Below, one piece after another: positions 1 through 14,443 of a DNA stretch of 64,000 nt. A program made the position numbers and the translations under genes. The stretch comes from Nageia nagi (lineage: Eukaryota; Plantae; Pinophyta): positions 189,472,001 to 189,536,000 of the forward strand of contig JBITNC010000001.1 of assembly GCA_050084985.1 (NCBI GenBank). The letters run 5' to 3'. Below the pieces are notes generated by a model. It saw nothing but the letters and a program-made list of their open reading frames with translations. It was not told where the DNA came from and did not search any database. Each line of letters opens with the position of its first letter. Position 1 is the stretch's first letter.

Positions 1-920
1 GTGTAGTCATACCATCTAGAGCAAGTGTTGAGATAGCTTGGGATATAATAATTGATCCTAACAGTGTCCCCAGTGTATTGATGGAACATAATGGAGAGAG
101 ATGTTCTTAGCTATGCTTAGGATATGCTAGTGTGGATGGAAGAGTGGATAGAGCTACCAGTAGAAGATGTTGCTATGGAGGTAACCATGGCTCCCAAGGT
201 TGCCCCCAATTATGCAGCATGGTAGAATAACTATGCATCTAGGCTCTTTGGGCCTAGACAAGTTAGATAGTGGGAGTGATGATGTGGTGATCCCACCATC
301 AGAGGAGGAGGATTAAATAAAAGTAGATAATTCCATCCATGATGGGCCTCTACTAGTAGGGGGAATAGAGGTGCTAGTAGTAGTTACCCCCACTCCAAGT
401 AAGAAATATTCTACTCATAGTGCTTCATGATTTTCAAATTTTAAATGAAGCTAATGAGAGACTAACTTACATTATGTATGATATGATAGGGGTGTCAGAT
501 GCATAGGTAGCAATCATGGAGGATGAGCTAGTTAGACTAAGGTTGATGGAGGTTGAATTAATAAATCTTTGACTATTAGAGGTAGAGTTGGCTATGGTGA
601 GGGCTACACTTGTGATGCAGCATGCAAAGGTGGATTCACTATCTCAAATAGTAAAGGGTCTCTAGGATAGGCTCACCATGCCCTCACCAAATAAGCAATG
701 GTCACTCATGTAAAGTTAGCATGATCAAATTGTAGCTTAGGCTCTAGAAATATCCAAACTATGGACCAAGAAGATGCTTTTGGATACTCATGGACTCATG
801 AATAGTGATATCTCAGATGGAGTCTCCATATCTAGAGCTAGTGGTAGTGGTAGTAGAGTATGTTATAGGAGTGAGACATCAATAGTGGTGCTAGTGCCTA
901 CCTATAATGGTGGATGATGT
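1..920 (+). pseudogene. Degenerate Plant Mobile Domain (PMD, MAIN-like) ORF, C-terminal part plus coiled-coil tail; antisense to gag of LTR element 1
   Basis: 10-60 reads YHLEQVLR*LGI**LIL, resembling the PMD motif H.P.RVLRQFG..Q.IP; followed by E/A/L-rich and S/G-rich coding-like sequence with many stops. Confidence 0.6.
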
Positions 921-967
921 AGGGCTAAGGCCCATGTATACCTATTTTGTACCAAATTTTGACTTTA

Positions 968-969
<2 letters not shown>

Positions 970-1013
<44 letters not shown>
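970..1013. repeat. (AT)n microsatellite
   Basis: About 22 perfect AT units. Confidence 0.98.
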
Positions 1014-1015
<2 letters not shown>

Positions 1016-1799
1016 CCCATTTGGTAGACTCAATACTCTATTTTTTTATCTTTGTGTTATATTTAAAAGGTTGACATTAGACACACATACAAGCATAATG
1101 AACTCTAAAAATTGACTCATTAATAGTAAAACATGTTAAACACACACACATTGTGCTATGTATAACTAATAATGATCATAATACATACACACAAACTAAA
1201 ATGACACATAACCTAAAGGAATTAAGATACCTTGGAAAAATCAATAAAGGTCAAGAGGGTGTATGTGAGCATAGATATCATGACATAACACCCAAGATCA
1301 ACCTAGAGGCTAAGGCACATTGTTTAGAATATAAAAAGTGGATTTTAAACATTCCATCCTGAGGAAACCATGATGTTGGCACCCTAACATAGAGATAGCA
1401 TGGCATTGGTGCCATGCACAGAGAGGAGTTGGATCCCCAAATTATGGACACAATAAGAAAAGATAGATACAAAGAAGAAAAATCATTGGACTAGTGAACA
1501 CATAGAATAGGAAAGCAAAAAGATACAAAAATACCCTAGCTACTAATAGACACTAATTATGATGTCAAAAAGAGCTCAAGGAATAAGTTTATGTACCTAG
1601 GGAGTTTTTTCCCACCCAAATACACTTTATAAAGGTAGGGAAAAAAAGCAACACTTTTGTACTAGTCATCCCCACATCATTGGCACTTTGAAAGCAAGAA
1701 TGCATGCCACTAGCATTGCACCTTTTCATTCTATTTTTGATCTTATTTGGAGGAGAATTCCTATATGAATGAGTGTTAGCCAAAAAAGAATGTAAATTA

Positions 1800-3990
1800 T
1801 GGGAAATACTTACTGTACTAATGTACCCTTGAGATTGTGAAGATGGTAGGTGATTATTGAATACCCCTAGTTGTGCATTATCTAGATGTATAGGTCCTAT
1901 TTATGCAATTGGTTTTTGATCCATCTCGATTGCTCCATCATCAATGAAATCCTATATAAGATTATGAAGTGTCTTGCAATCTTGGGTTAGATGACAAAGT
2001 ACCCTATGATAATTACAAAATTCCTCATAGTGAAATTTTTTAGGCACACCATTAGTAAACTTAGGTTCAACAATAGGAGGTAATTTAATCAATTCCTCAT
2101 ATAATAATACATTTAGAATACTATCAATAATATCAATCAAAGGAGTATATTGGTGAGTATGTTTGGGTGGAGAAATACCTCATTTTTTTGCAAGCAACAT
2201 GATTTGCTTCAACCTTGGTTTGAATTTTAGTAATAGATTTTGTAGTTGAAGTATGCTCAACATGTTTCATAGCACTCAACTTTTTAATGCATGGTTCCTT
2301 TTTAGTAACAATGTCAATCATATCTCCTAAAGATATATCATGATTAGAGATGAAAAATAGCTTACATATAGGCAAGAGACCATCCATAAAAATATGCTTG
2401 AGTTCATGTTCATCCATGGTGAGTTTATTAGTAGTTTGTTTCCATATCTTTACAAAATCCTTTAGATTGGTTAGGGAGTTATTTAATTTTACACAAGTTC
2501 TTAAAATAAACCTTCTCAGTAATGTTATAACCATAATCATGCAAAAATATGCAAATCAAATCCTCTTACCTATCAATGCTACTTTTGAGAATCTAGAAGT
2601 ACCATTTTAGAGCCTCATCCTTCAAACTGTAAGAAAATAACTTAGCCAACAAATCTTGATCATGCATATATTTAATAGCTTCTTCATGAAATTTATGAAC
2701 ATGCACCATAGGATCCTACATACCATCAAACTTAGTAAATTTGACACTCTTTTTCCTAGGGATTATTTTGGCAAGAATTCTAATAGTGAGGGGTCTTTTT
2801 GAACATGAAAGGAAATCATCCTCCTTACTCACCATGTTGTTAAACCCTACATTGGTCTTTAAGGATGGTGGTGGGGAAGGAGGAGCTTGTTGTGCATTGG
2901 TTGATGTTTGAAGTGGAATATTTTTCAAAATAGCAAACTCATCAGTATGATTATCCCTATACTACTCAATTTCATGCAATTCCCTTACCATAATTTCTAA
3001 TTGTTCATATGGAGGTTGTTTACACCAATTAGTATTTTCTTAAATATCCATAATGATACCTACCTTAATCTCATGCTCCTCAAGAGTCCAAGTTGGTTGT
3101 AGCTTAAAGGATGCTTAATGAGAATTTTAGTTTCATCATTAGGTAAAAGAACTTGACCCTTACCTTTCTTCTCTTGATCAAAGTAATGTGGATTAAGGAT
3201 ATAATTGCTATAAGATTCTTCATCCTTATCCTCAATTTTTTATTGGTCATCACTTTTAGAAACATCATCTGCATGTAGTAGTTATTCCAACTTAGCATCA
3301 AGATTTGGCTTGGACTTTGCTCTGTTAGGATCTACACCACCTACACCATGGTGATAGTAGATCACATCACCCATGTCATGCATTTCATGCATAGGTTGGA
3401 TATGTTTTGATGATTGCTCATAAAAAAACAAGATATCTTCAAATTTTATAATTTCTAACTAGTTATAAAGTAAATTTGCATCTGTAAGAAGTTCCACCAT
3501 AATAGAAGTGTTATTACAAACAAAAAATTATAACCTTTCTTTATTAAATAACACCTATTGAATATGTAGAGCATTATAAGGAATCCTATCAAGATCAGGG
3601 AGTTCATCATCATTAGAAGGTTCCAAAGGAGCTAAATTATCCAAGTTTCTAGGATCAAGAATAGCATAGCGATTAGGAGTCTCTCCAATAATGGACATTC
3701 ATTTACTATAATTTGAAGATTTATAATCCCATATGATCCTAGGAGGAGAGATTTGAATAGACAATTTAGGATTAATTCAAATACTTCTCCTAACCTTCAA
3801 AAATTATGCTTTGGATTTGGATACTATAGGGTTATCTAGGTTAAGATCCATCTTTGGGATATAAGCAAAACAAACCCTAGTTTTATCTTACTCTTTGAAT
3901 ACTATTTGGAGCACTTCCTCTATGGAGAGAAAAAGTAACAAAAATGGATTCATGAATTTACAGAAGGATTTTTCCCTAAATGAAGACCTA
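1800..3990 (-). pseudogene. gag: Degenerate Ty3/gypsy (Tat/Athila-like) gag, element 1
   Basis: Minus strand KFTKFDGM*DPMVHVHKFHEE..DQDLLAKLFSYSLKDEALKWYF (retrotransposon gag capsid) at ~2750-2600 and knuckle YEEFCNYHRVLCHLTQDC at ~2030-1975. Confidence 0.85.
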
Positions 3991-4001
3991 GGTGTGTAAG
4001 A

Positions 4002-4016
4002 ATGTTAGGTTCACCA
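4002..4016 (-). promoter_or_regulatory. Primer-binding site complementary to tRNA-Trp 3' end (deaminated)
   Basis: Minus strand TGGTGAACCTAACAT vs TGGTGAACCCGACGT; differences only at the two CpGs; 2 nt from the LTR end. Confidence 0.75.
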
Positions 4017-4018
4017 AA

Positions 4019-4701
4019 TGTAGACCCTAAATAATGTGATGGTGTAATTAATTAGGGGAATTAACACATGCACTATTTGGTCTATTAGTTAGTTGAAATA
4101 AAGAAGGAATATGATAACAAATGATTAAGCATACGAGCTTTTTTTATTAATATGCATATTTAATTTATCAAGGAAAGGCATCCATCAAGAATAAGAAATA
4201 TCATATACACTAGTACAGCACCAATGCCCTAGTAATAGTATGCCATTGGCATTATGTTAATGATCAAATTAAATATATGATGAAAGATGAAATGATAAGT
4301 GAATGAATGATTTATCAATATAACAAAAGTATGATGATTATTGAGATAAGAGATTCACTTGTTACAGATAAGAATACCTTGCAAAGGTTTGCTTTGCAAA
4401 TGATGTTCAAGTTCTTGATTCTTTATCCAATCTTCAATTGATAAAAGCCTTGGGTCTTCTATAATATACCCCTTATATAGTATCCTTCTAACAATAATCC
4501 CATCCCCTATATTTGTATGTCTTTAATTCCTTTATATAGGGATGCTTCTATTATAGGATTTGACCCCTTTTATAATCCATAAGGGTCAAATATATGGCCT
4601 ACCCCTCTTTTATACATTTTAAATCTCTTTTTAAATAATACATTATTAAGGGATTAAAATGATTTATTAAATACATAAAGGTTCATTTTGAGGCATCTAC
4701 A
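4019..4701 (-). mobile_element. 5' LTR of element 1 (~680 bp)
   Basis: Termini TGTAGA...TCTACA, adjacent PBS; right end TCATTTTGAGGCATCTACA resembles the end of the LTR at 16534-17250. Confidence 0.8.
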
Positions 4702-5640
4702 CCATGGTACTCAAATAACTCTACTTGGTTTCAATGAGTATGCACCCATCTTATTCATCTAATATGAGCTAGTTATATCCTATCCTTAACCCAAACTAGT
4801 CCACCCCTGTATGGTCTCTAAATTATATCTTTAGCTTGCATTATCCTAAAGATATATCTAAAATAAGATACTTAGCCACCTCTCATGCATCTAGTATTAG
4901 GCTCATGTTGATATCCCCATCACATCATATAGGGGCACTATGTGCTACGCTCCTAAAAGGAAAGACCATCTTGAACATGTATGTTATAGGGAAAACCCAT
5001 GATTCATGCCACTAATATGTGCTCACATACCCATACATGTAGACATATAGAGCAATATGTCTCTATACGGACCCTTATCTCCATATCCCAAAGCTCATGA
5101 TATAGTTGGCCCATAAAAATTGATCCCTATGCAAACACTCAAGCATCCTCTCACATCTCCTTCAAAACTTGATGGAGCTTCTAGGGGAACCTATATCCTG
5201 AAACATTTGGTAGAAAAAAAAATGTGATGACCATCATCACAAAGCAATTTAGCCTATCTATGATGTTGGCCTCATAGGCATGCTTATGGTATAATCCATC
5301 ACTATCCCATTGTATTCGATGATATTGATGATCAACTATGTAGATCATCCTTGCATCTCTCCCCACCTCATCTATTAGTCCAATCACTAGTGCACCCTCT
5401 ATAGAAATCCTCAAAATATTCTAAACATCCTTATGAGTCACTATGCACTCTCCTATAAGTAGGTAAAAATTATTGGTGGAAGAGTCCCACAACTCACACA
5501 AGGTAGTGATGTACTCAGCATTTTTCACCACCTTATGGATCATGCTAGTATATCCCATCCCTACACTATGCAATCACATCCATTATATTGCTAGCATACT
5601 ATTCTGAAGTTATACATATAGTGGTCAAAACCTATGTCAC
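4702..5640 (-). pseudogene. PMD (MAIN-like) pseudogene, cut by the LTR of element 1
   Basis: Minus strand ITTLCELWDSSTNNFYLLIGECIVTHKDV*NILRISIEG (cf. ITALVERW..ETNTFHLP.GE.TITL.DV..ILGLPI.G), FA*GSIFMGQLYHEL, HVWVCEHI, II*RPY. Confidence 0.85.
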
Positions 5641-7869
5641 ATAAATAATGTCTCCTTCAATTGTCAAAAATAATCAAAAAACTAATTCAATCATTTATCT
5701 ATCAAAAAACCAAATTTGTATATGTAAATATTTCAAAATATTGTTTGGATTCATTATGATGTCATCTATGTTGTGTAAAGTATGTTGTTGCATCCCAATA
5801 TTTTTATATACTTATTTTTGTATTAGATCACTCTCATACTAAATTATGGTTCATGTATGCAAGGTATGTTCCACTTCACACTTGGGTAACTTATGCCTAT
5901 CATCATGATACTGAAAAACACTAACATTGCATTTTAAACACACTTTCTTACATGGTACAATTTGAAAACTTTTCAAGCAATGTATATGAGGTGCATTTTG
6001 AAAATTACAAGAGCATGATAACTAATTATTTCCTTAGAGGAAACCATGCTAATATATTGAAAGATACATTTACCTCACAAATTTACTTAGTTTACGATAT
6101 TCAGTAAGAGTGCAACAACTAACCACAATTTTGCAATAGATGAGCTTTTTTTTTGTAAGAAAAGTAATTTTGCAATCAACATGAATAAACTACCAAATTT
6201 TACAAAATAATATCAATTCAGCAAGAAATTTGCATTTTTTGGTATTTAATCAAGTTTCAATGTCTTATGAAACCAACCAATGAATTCCTAAAGTCACAAT
6301 AGCCAACTTGATGTTTTTTTCGCAAAAATTATCAACGTTGCATTTTTTGGACCAAAAATTGCTTCAATTAGAAAAATTTAATAAAATGGCAAAAAAAATA
6401 TTTAATTAAGTTTACAAAGCATTAAATCCAAGAAATAACCCTTCAACAATGCTCAAATGTGCATTTTGGAAGTTAAAATTTTGAAAAATGAGTAAAAATA
6501 ATCCAAAAAAGTTTTACAAGCAAGGGGGATCATGTCCCAAGCATAGTGCACCTTGCATTGAGTGTAATGCAGCTAGTAAAAGTTGCAAATTTGGACTGCA
6601 TCTGGGGTTTGGAAATGCAAAAATGGTCCATTTTCAATGAAAAAAAATCTATTGCTATCTAATTAGGATTAAATAACTAGGTGGGTTCCTATCCATTTTG
6701 TGATTTGACACCCTGATTTGAAGATATTTACAAAATTTGAATTCAAAAACCTTTATTTTATGTTTTTTTTGGGGAAAATCATATTTTTGGTAAAATCAAT
6801 CAATTTTTCAAGATTCTAATTTTGTGGAAAGGTTATGCATGGAAAAAAAAACTAGGTGGGTATCAAACAGATTTTGGATTTGACCCATGTTTTTGTACAA
6901 TGAGCAAAAAAGGAAAAATAAGTCTCTTATTGGACATTTTTTGGAATGCAAATATTTTTTGAATCAATTCATTTAGGATAATTCTAATCTGGTGGATTAT
7001 TTCATATCTTATAATTGTTTAATTTGTTTGTTTGATTAGCCAATTTGGGGCAAGTTGGATTTTTATCCAACAAATGCATTTTTCTACACTTTTTTTAAAA
7101 TTAAAATACACTAAAAAATTTAAAAATTGCATGAAAAATGAATAATTTACATTTTTGGTCTACTTGGTGTCCTAGGTATGGTTGAATGATGACTATTTGA
7201 GTTGGAGGTGCCTCGCTTACTACCATCTCACTTGATTACTCACTTTCCACCAAAAGTCCACCTTGAACATGTAACAAATGAGGTAAAAAAAGGGTAATTT
7301 GTTTACTTATTTATCCATTTTTTACTATTTTTAAGTCCAAGTTTGACTTTTTTGCCTATGGGTAGGCCCAACTTGATGCAAATTTGTTCAAATTTGTATT
7401 TTTTCGCCCCATAATGTACTACAAAATTATATTGAGGAAAATTAAAAAAACTATTAAATATGTAAAAAATTTAACAAATGTCACACATAAATTCTTTCTT
7501 TTCCAATCAATCTTGTATTGATCATTGTGATCAATACAATATCACTTGAGGGGAGGGGAACCAACTGATTGTTCAATTTTTTCCAAATTCTCTTTTACAA
7601 AAAGTATAAAAAAGTAAAATTTTACCCTAAAAAATGTGTTTTATTTCATAAATTATAAAATTATTCAAATTTTCTTTCAAAATAGCAAAAAAATTTAAAG
7701 TTATTGAATTTATACCTGATTTCAAATTTTTCAAAATGCAAATTGTTCAAATTTTTAAATTATTTAGCAAGACTATGCACTTGCTAGTAAGTCTATGTAC
7801 CATCACGAATGCTTTGCATAGGTTTGATGCATTTGATAATCAAACACTATATAAGTTGTTTAAATTTAT

Positions 7870-8175
7870 ACCTCCATAAACACATTATTTAGCTTTCAAA
7901 TTTAAATAATACTACATTCAAATTGCTACATATATTTTTTTCTAAAGTTGCCATGAAAACATTGCTTAGCATTCAAATTTGATGAATACGACATTCAAAT
8001 TGCTACACATATTTGTTTTGAATTTACCACAAACACATTGGTTAAGGTTTAAATTATCATAAATTACATTCAAATTATTACCCATATTTGTTCTAAATTT
8101 GATAAGAACACATTATTTATGATTCAAATTTGATGAATACTACATTCAAATCCCTATTTATATTCGTTCTGAATT
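7870..8175. repeat. Degenerate tandem repeat, ~4 copies of ~75 bp
   Basis: Recurrent ACATTCAAATTGCTACA(C/T)ATATTTG and ATTCAAATTTGATGAATAC. Confidence 0.75.
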
Positions 8176-11100
8176 TTTATGCATTTTTCTACCGTGAATG
8201 CATTATTTTTATATATTCCTTCAAATTGTTCAAAATTTTTCTCAAAGTTTCAAAGTTTAATTTTTAAATTTTTCAAATTTCATTCAAATATTCAAATTTT
8301 AGAATGTTCAAATTACAAATGTTTTTTCAACTAACATCTAGGTATCTACACTTGTTGAACTAAGTATTTTGTGCAAAAGACCTAGTCCAATAGGGTTATT
8401 CCTAAGGATCGATCCAAAAAAAACTTGGAGAAACGAAGGCAAAATGATTTCAAAATTTGGCAAAAATGGTCCTAAGTCATATAGTAACTATGGTAAAATC
8501 ATCATTGTTTGAAAATTTACATGTAGAGTAAAAGGCAAATTTATATGAAATCTTAAAAAAGATTGGAAAATCAAGGAGAACTAAATTTATTGTTATTTTT
8601 CAAAAATAACCTTCAAACTAAAAGGTATGAAAGGAAAAGTGAATCTTGGTCATGTTAATTGTGATGTAGAAAAGTTATGACTGCTATAATGTAGAAAGTT
8701 TCTATACATTCATATGCATTAATAATATTTCATTGGAATTTTATCATTTTGGTATTTAGCATAATTAAATAGATTTTTTATTTAATTTTCACATAATACA
8801 CTATATAATTAGGGACTTATATATTATAATTACAAAAAGCTAAAAAAACGATCATGATATTTGAAAATACAAGCTAATCCATGAATTCTAAAAACAACAT
8901 AACCAAAAAAAATATGAAACAATATTATTATGAATCTTAATTTTGTGGGTATTGTTTAATTATTTTATTCTTTAGTGGGTATTGTTTACCATTTTTTTTA
9001 ATTTTCTTAATTTAAATTTTTTAATATGTTATGTATGTAATTGAAGGTAAGGCAAAATCGATGGTATTTATAAATTTTTTTATAATTTGGTGGTGAATAG
9101 CTATGAAAGTAAAGGTCAACTATATAGGTGAATCATAATTAGAATTTAAAAATGAAATTATATTTTTAGCAATTTGATACATAAAATTAATACCCACATG
9201 TAATTTTAGGACAAATGCCCTCCCCCCTCTAAGGTTCAAATATTAGACAATTTCAAAATCTTAAAATCCTAATTTTTGCTTATAAGCGATGATTAGCTGC
9301 TAAGAAAAACATTGAAATAACACTTTCAAATAGATATATTTTTATGAAATTGACATGTTTTAATTCATTATTTGATTATTCTTAATGTTTATTGTGAAAA
9401 TTCAAAGTACTTAAAAGACCAAATTAGAGAAAAAAGTGACTTGAAACACAAATATGAGCAAAAGTGGGTATTAGTTCACTCAAGAGGTATATAACTCAAT
9501 TACAAATTAGAAAATGCACTCCTAATTCATTTTCTCACATAGTCCCTTATGATTTTTGTTCTCACAATTATTGCTTCAAGATCATTGCTAGGGTTTGAGA
9601 TAGGTTTTTGAAGGATTCAAGGTTTTCACCACAAATCTCTATCAAATTCATCAAATCTTGAGTTCACATTCATGAGGTAACATCTCCATGTAATTTCTTG
9701 ATCCAAAATTAATTTTTAGAATCATAAAAAAGATGATTTTTCAAGTTTTTCTTTTTATTTTATTTTATTATATCATGTCGAAGAGCTCTATTTCACAATT
9801 CTAATGCTTTGAATGACTAGTAAAAATGATTCATGTATCAAAAGATATTATGATTTGAAGTTTTGAAGAAAAATAATATTTCATCTTATGGGACCCACAT
9901 CCAATCAACAACAAGAAGGTACAATTAGAAACAAATATCCAATCAATAACCTAATCATTATTAAGGAATGATCAAAGTGTTTTAATAACCTCAAAAGGTA
10001 TGCAAAAGTCATAGAGGCATGTAGAGGTCATTGGCGGGTAATACATGAGTAAGGCTATTAACTTGGTCAAAACCTCTTATAGTATCACTTCCATTATTGT
10101 TCCCACTCACTTCACTTAAGCATATGGTATATGAGTATTGGTATTGAATATTTCAATGCTACATGACATGAATTGGTATGCATGATACCCATTATATTTG
10201 ATAGTTTATTTTGTTACATTCTTAGATGTGGAGAATATTAAGGGATTGGCTTATTTTTAAATATTTTAAGATTTATGTATGGATTAATAAGGTGTATTAT
10301 TCAAATGATAACAAAATAGAATATATGATGTTAATAATAGTATTATTGCTAACTAAAATAAAAAAATTCTAAAAATAAATAACATCAATTCAACATGAAA
10401 TAAACAATTCAAATTTGTAGGTGGAGATAAAAATACCAACAAGAGAATGCTATTTAGTTTGGATATTATTTAGTTGAAATATCATTTTTTTGAGTATCGA
10501 CTATATTAAGTATTTTTTCTTTATTTTTGTAAAATATTATATTGTAAAACATATAGAATTAAAACAAACACTGAGAAAAATAGTATATGGATACCAACAA
10601 GATGCCAAAGGGAGATATCATTAAATGGAGATTTGTTGAGAGGAGACTAGAGAGTATATTGTAAAGAGGGAAAAAAACCAAACATAGGTATTATTGTTGT
10701 AACTATGTATACTCCAAATTTATAACCCTTTAATGTTATAAAAAGGAGAATGGAGAGTGGAAAATGTTAAGTCCCCTTTAGCAGGATTCCTCCCAAATTG
10801 GAGAGTGTGTAAATGTGTGCATGTGACAAACTCTAAGTGTGTGTGGGAGTTACACTATGTTCATAAAATGTGTTTGTAAACAAAAATAAGAAGACCATGG
10901 ATGAGATCATAGCCATGGAAGGTGAACAAAAACATGGAAGACATTATTGCTATGAAAAAAGAAGTGGATGACATAATCACCATGATGCAAAATAAGAAGA
11001 CAAATAGTAGTTCTACCCAAGACAAGATACATGGAACTATGGTCAAATACGTTTGATGAGAAGAGAGTCATCTTCCAAGAAAATAAAGATTCAGTAGCAG

Positions 11101-12279
11101 CTTATAGTGATCGTGTGATTGAAATTCAATAAGAAAAAGATTGAAGAAAGAAGGATCATAGAAGTGATATTATAAAATGGTACCTATAATAATGGATTGA
11201 GAATTGCTAGATATAGACCACATAGATCAAACCAAGATAACCTTGTGCATGTCTATTTTTGTGATTATTTTTGGCATGCATTTTTATTTTTGCAAGTACT
11301 ATAATGAATAAAGTTTGAGATCCAAAATAAATCCTAAATTAGGGTTTACAAATTATTTCTATGGTTGAATTATTGTATTATTATATGTAATGCATGTATT
11401 CAAGGTTTTTGTAGGGTTTGAAGGAAATACAACCATGGAGAAGCTTGGGAAGACCTAACTCTTGTATCCTCCACCATAGTGTGTGCATATAGTATGATGT
11501 TTAGGGTAAAATCATAATATCTTGCATTTCCACCATTATAATTGTTATTTGAATCCATAGTAGCTAAAATATACATTGTGAGCACTCATTAGATCTTATG
11601 GGTATCCTTGAATCTCATTGATTTATGGATCTTTAAGGATCTTTGCATTTAAAGTATTTTAAGTTTTTCAAGGTCTAAAGTCTTATATATTGTATTAACC
11701 CATAAAAACATGTAAATATTGCTTCTATAGTTTGAATCCACCATTGATATTGTTGAAGGAACACATAGACTAAAGCATTTGCACAATAGGCATACATAAT
11801 TCATTTGTTCTCAATGAATTGAGGGATTGGGGGCTCACATACAATTTGAAGTGAGGAGACTCACTTCATTCTCACCTAAGTGCCTCAAAGCACCTAATTT
11901 TAGAGGTACTCCTTCCCATTTAGATGCATTTAGGGTTTCTTAAGGTTCTTACAAAAGTTTTACCTTAATATTCAAAGATTTAAACACACCTTTATCAAGA
12001 TTGCTAACTAATGCTAATTAAGTAAAGCTGAGTTATGTAAATCAAAGTTTGTGTATGTATTTAAATTATGTATGCTAGTTAATTCATAATATTAGCATAA
12101 ATTTTGATGTATACATTTTAGTTAGCATGATTGTATGAGCAAATTTTGCCTATTTTGATCAATAATATACATTTAAAACCATCTATAGAATAGACATTGG
12201 TGGGTATTACTATCAGCTGTCATGTACTTTAATGTAAATATGTGTGAATCATGTTTTATTTTAATCTATTAATCATGAT

Positions 12280-14440
12280 ATGGTAGATGATGAGTGGCGT
12301 GTGGTAGAGAGGTTGCTAACTAGGCACATGGGGCACATCGTTGATTGCCTACAGAGCCTCCCTTATGACCATGCAGTGAGTACTTATGTTTATGTAATTC
12401 ATTTGAATTTTATTATTTCAAGATATACCCATGCCTCATGTGATTTGAAAGCCCTAAAGTTTCAATTTGTTAGCATTTTTAAATTTTCATTTTCCCTTAG
12501 TGAGGTCATGTTATGTTTTATATTTTCTACCATTTGGTTATTTTAGTTATCTCATTCATATATTTTTAGCAAGGTATGTGTTTGGGCGATTCTAACTTGA
12601 TAAATTATTTTATTTCCAATTTGTTTAGCTTAAGTGTGCACCACTAATAATATGAATTTTGGTTTTTTTATTATTATTCAAGAGAGAAAAATCATAATTA
12701 GGCATGGAGCAATGTCTGTGGCTACTTTCAAGAATGCCAAGAAGTGGCCTAGGATGAACCATGATGATGGCATCCTCATGCATTCAAGACTAAATGACCT
12801 CACTATTATTGGTCATGTTTAACATGACCTTCCTCTTATTACAACCTTATTTGAGCATTGGTATTAATACACCAACACTTTTCACCTACCCCCATGTGAA
12901 ATGATGGTTACTCTTCTATATGTGTATCACATTTGGGGGATTCCTATTCATGGTTGACTAGTCCATCATGCTAAGATTTTAAATACTGAGGATAGACAAA
13001 GGTATGAATTATGGTTGATGAGAGATGAAGATCACAATTCAAAGCATAAGGCCTCACACTTGCATGAAGCATGCAAGTTTTCTTCCCTTGGTAGGCATTT
13101 GATCCTTCTATATACATACAAGAGTAGTTTGAAATTTCCTTTAGGGATAGTGTGGATAGTCCAAGATATTTATGCCAAGGGTGCATGATATGCATGGGAT
13201 CCTATATTTTGGCTCAAATCTAGAGGGGTTTGCATAATTTTACTTTTGTTGACAAGTTTAACATCACCATTACTCATGTTAGTTTGCTATAAGTATGGGT
13301 TTATGAGAAGGTAGTTTTGATTCTACCCATGGGAATCCATAGGGCTAGGGAGGATCCTACAAACATAGCTATGACTTTTTGGGTATTTATGATATATTCA
13401 TACAAGTACCCACACTCACTAGATGTTAGGCAATGAGAGGTTGATAGGTGTAGCAAGAGGACCTAGTATGGGTGTCCTATGTGGTAATGCAACCATGCTT
13501 CCTTTAGACCCTAAGGAAACTCATAGAGCCATATTTATCATAGCATGTGCTGAGGTAGTTAAGGATTAAATAAGGGATTCCACTTGCCTTGGTCTATTAC
13601 ATTTGATAGAGAGTAGAGAGGGATACTCCACCAAGACCTTAGATTATATCAATATGGGTCACCACACGGGAGGATCCACACACCCTAGATCCTGTAGAGG
13701 CTACTTATATGGCTTTGGGTACTCTAAGGGGTTATGTAGCATGGTTGGCCATTGTTATACCAACCCCATTTGGGATGGATGAGGAGATGGTTTTCAGTCC
13801 TTATAAGGGGTATTTTGATGGGGACCCAAAAAATGTTAATAATCCTATGCACAACATTCCAATACAAGAGTATCCAATCATCCTAGCACCAGGGCTAGAG
13901 GCTTTGGTTGAGGTTGTTCCACTAGTATCAATAGGTAAAAACTCTATGACACACTTATAGGTTTATAACTTATTTAATTTATTAATTAATATGATATGGA
14001 TTACTAACTTATGACCTTTATGTGTTTGCAGGAGAGACAGCTACCCATATTACCAACCTAGAGGTGGAGGTTGAGAGGCTAAAGCCTTTTGAGGTTGTGG
14101 TTTCATGATTACAATGATAGCTATATACTCTTTATACCACACTTATAGCTAGAGATGCATAGATATCCTCCATAGATTAGTACATGAAGAGGTTACAGGA
14201 GAGGATAGACATGCCTCCACCCAATTAGTAATGGGATTTTATTTAGTAGCTTATGGATAAAATAGAGAAGAGAGATAAAGATATTATTATACTTAGTAGC
14301 AAGTATGAGAGAACCAAGGTAATAATGGCCTCTCATGGGATTAGCTCTAGTCAAGTATCAAGTGGAATGTCCATTTCTGGACAAAGTAGTGGCTCTAGGA
14401 GGGTTTCTAGGCCTAGTGAAGCAAGTAGTGTTAGAATTTG
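12280..14440 (+). pseudogene. PMD (MAIN-like) pseudogene with intron-like AT-rich interruptions; antisense to gag of element 2
   Basis: 12826-12965 DLPLITTLFEHWY*YTNTFHLPPCEMMVTLLYVYHIWGIPIHG*LV; ~13192 AWGSYILAQI*RGLH; ~13287 L*VWVYEK; coiled-coil and S/G-rich tail at 14050-14440. Confidence 0.88.
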
Positions 14441-14443
14441 TAA

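Noticed and set aside
5640-12280. 3' LTRs of the PMD elements (e.g. GGTATCTACA at 8341-8350)
   Set aside because: No extended similarity to 4019-4701 or 16534-17250 was visible; the region looks TE-derived but could not be assigned.
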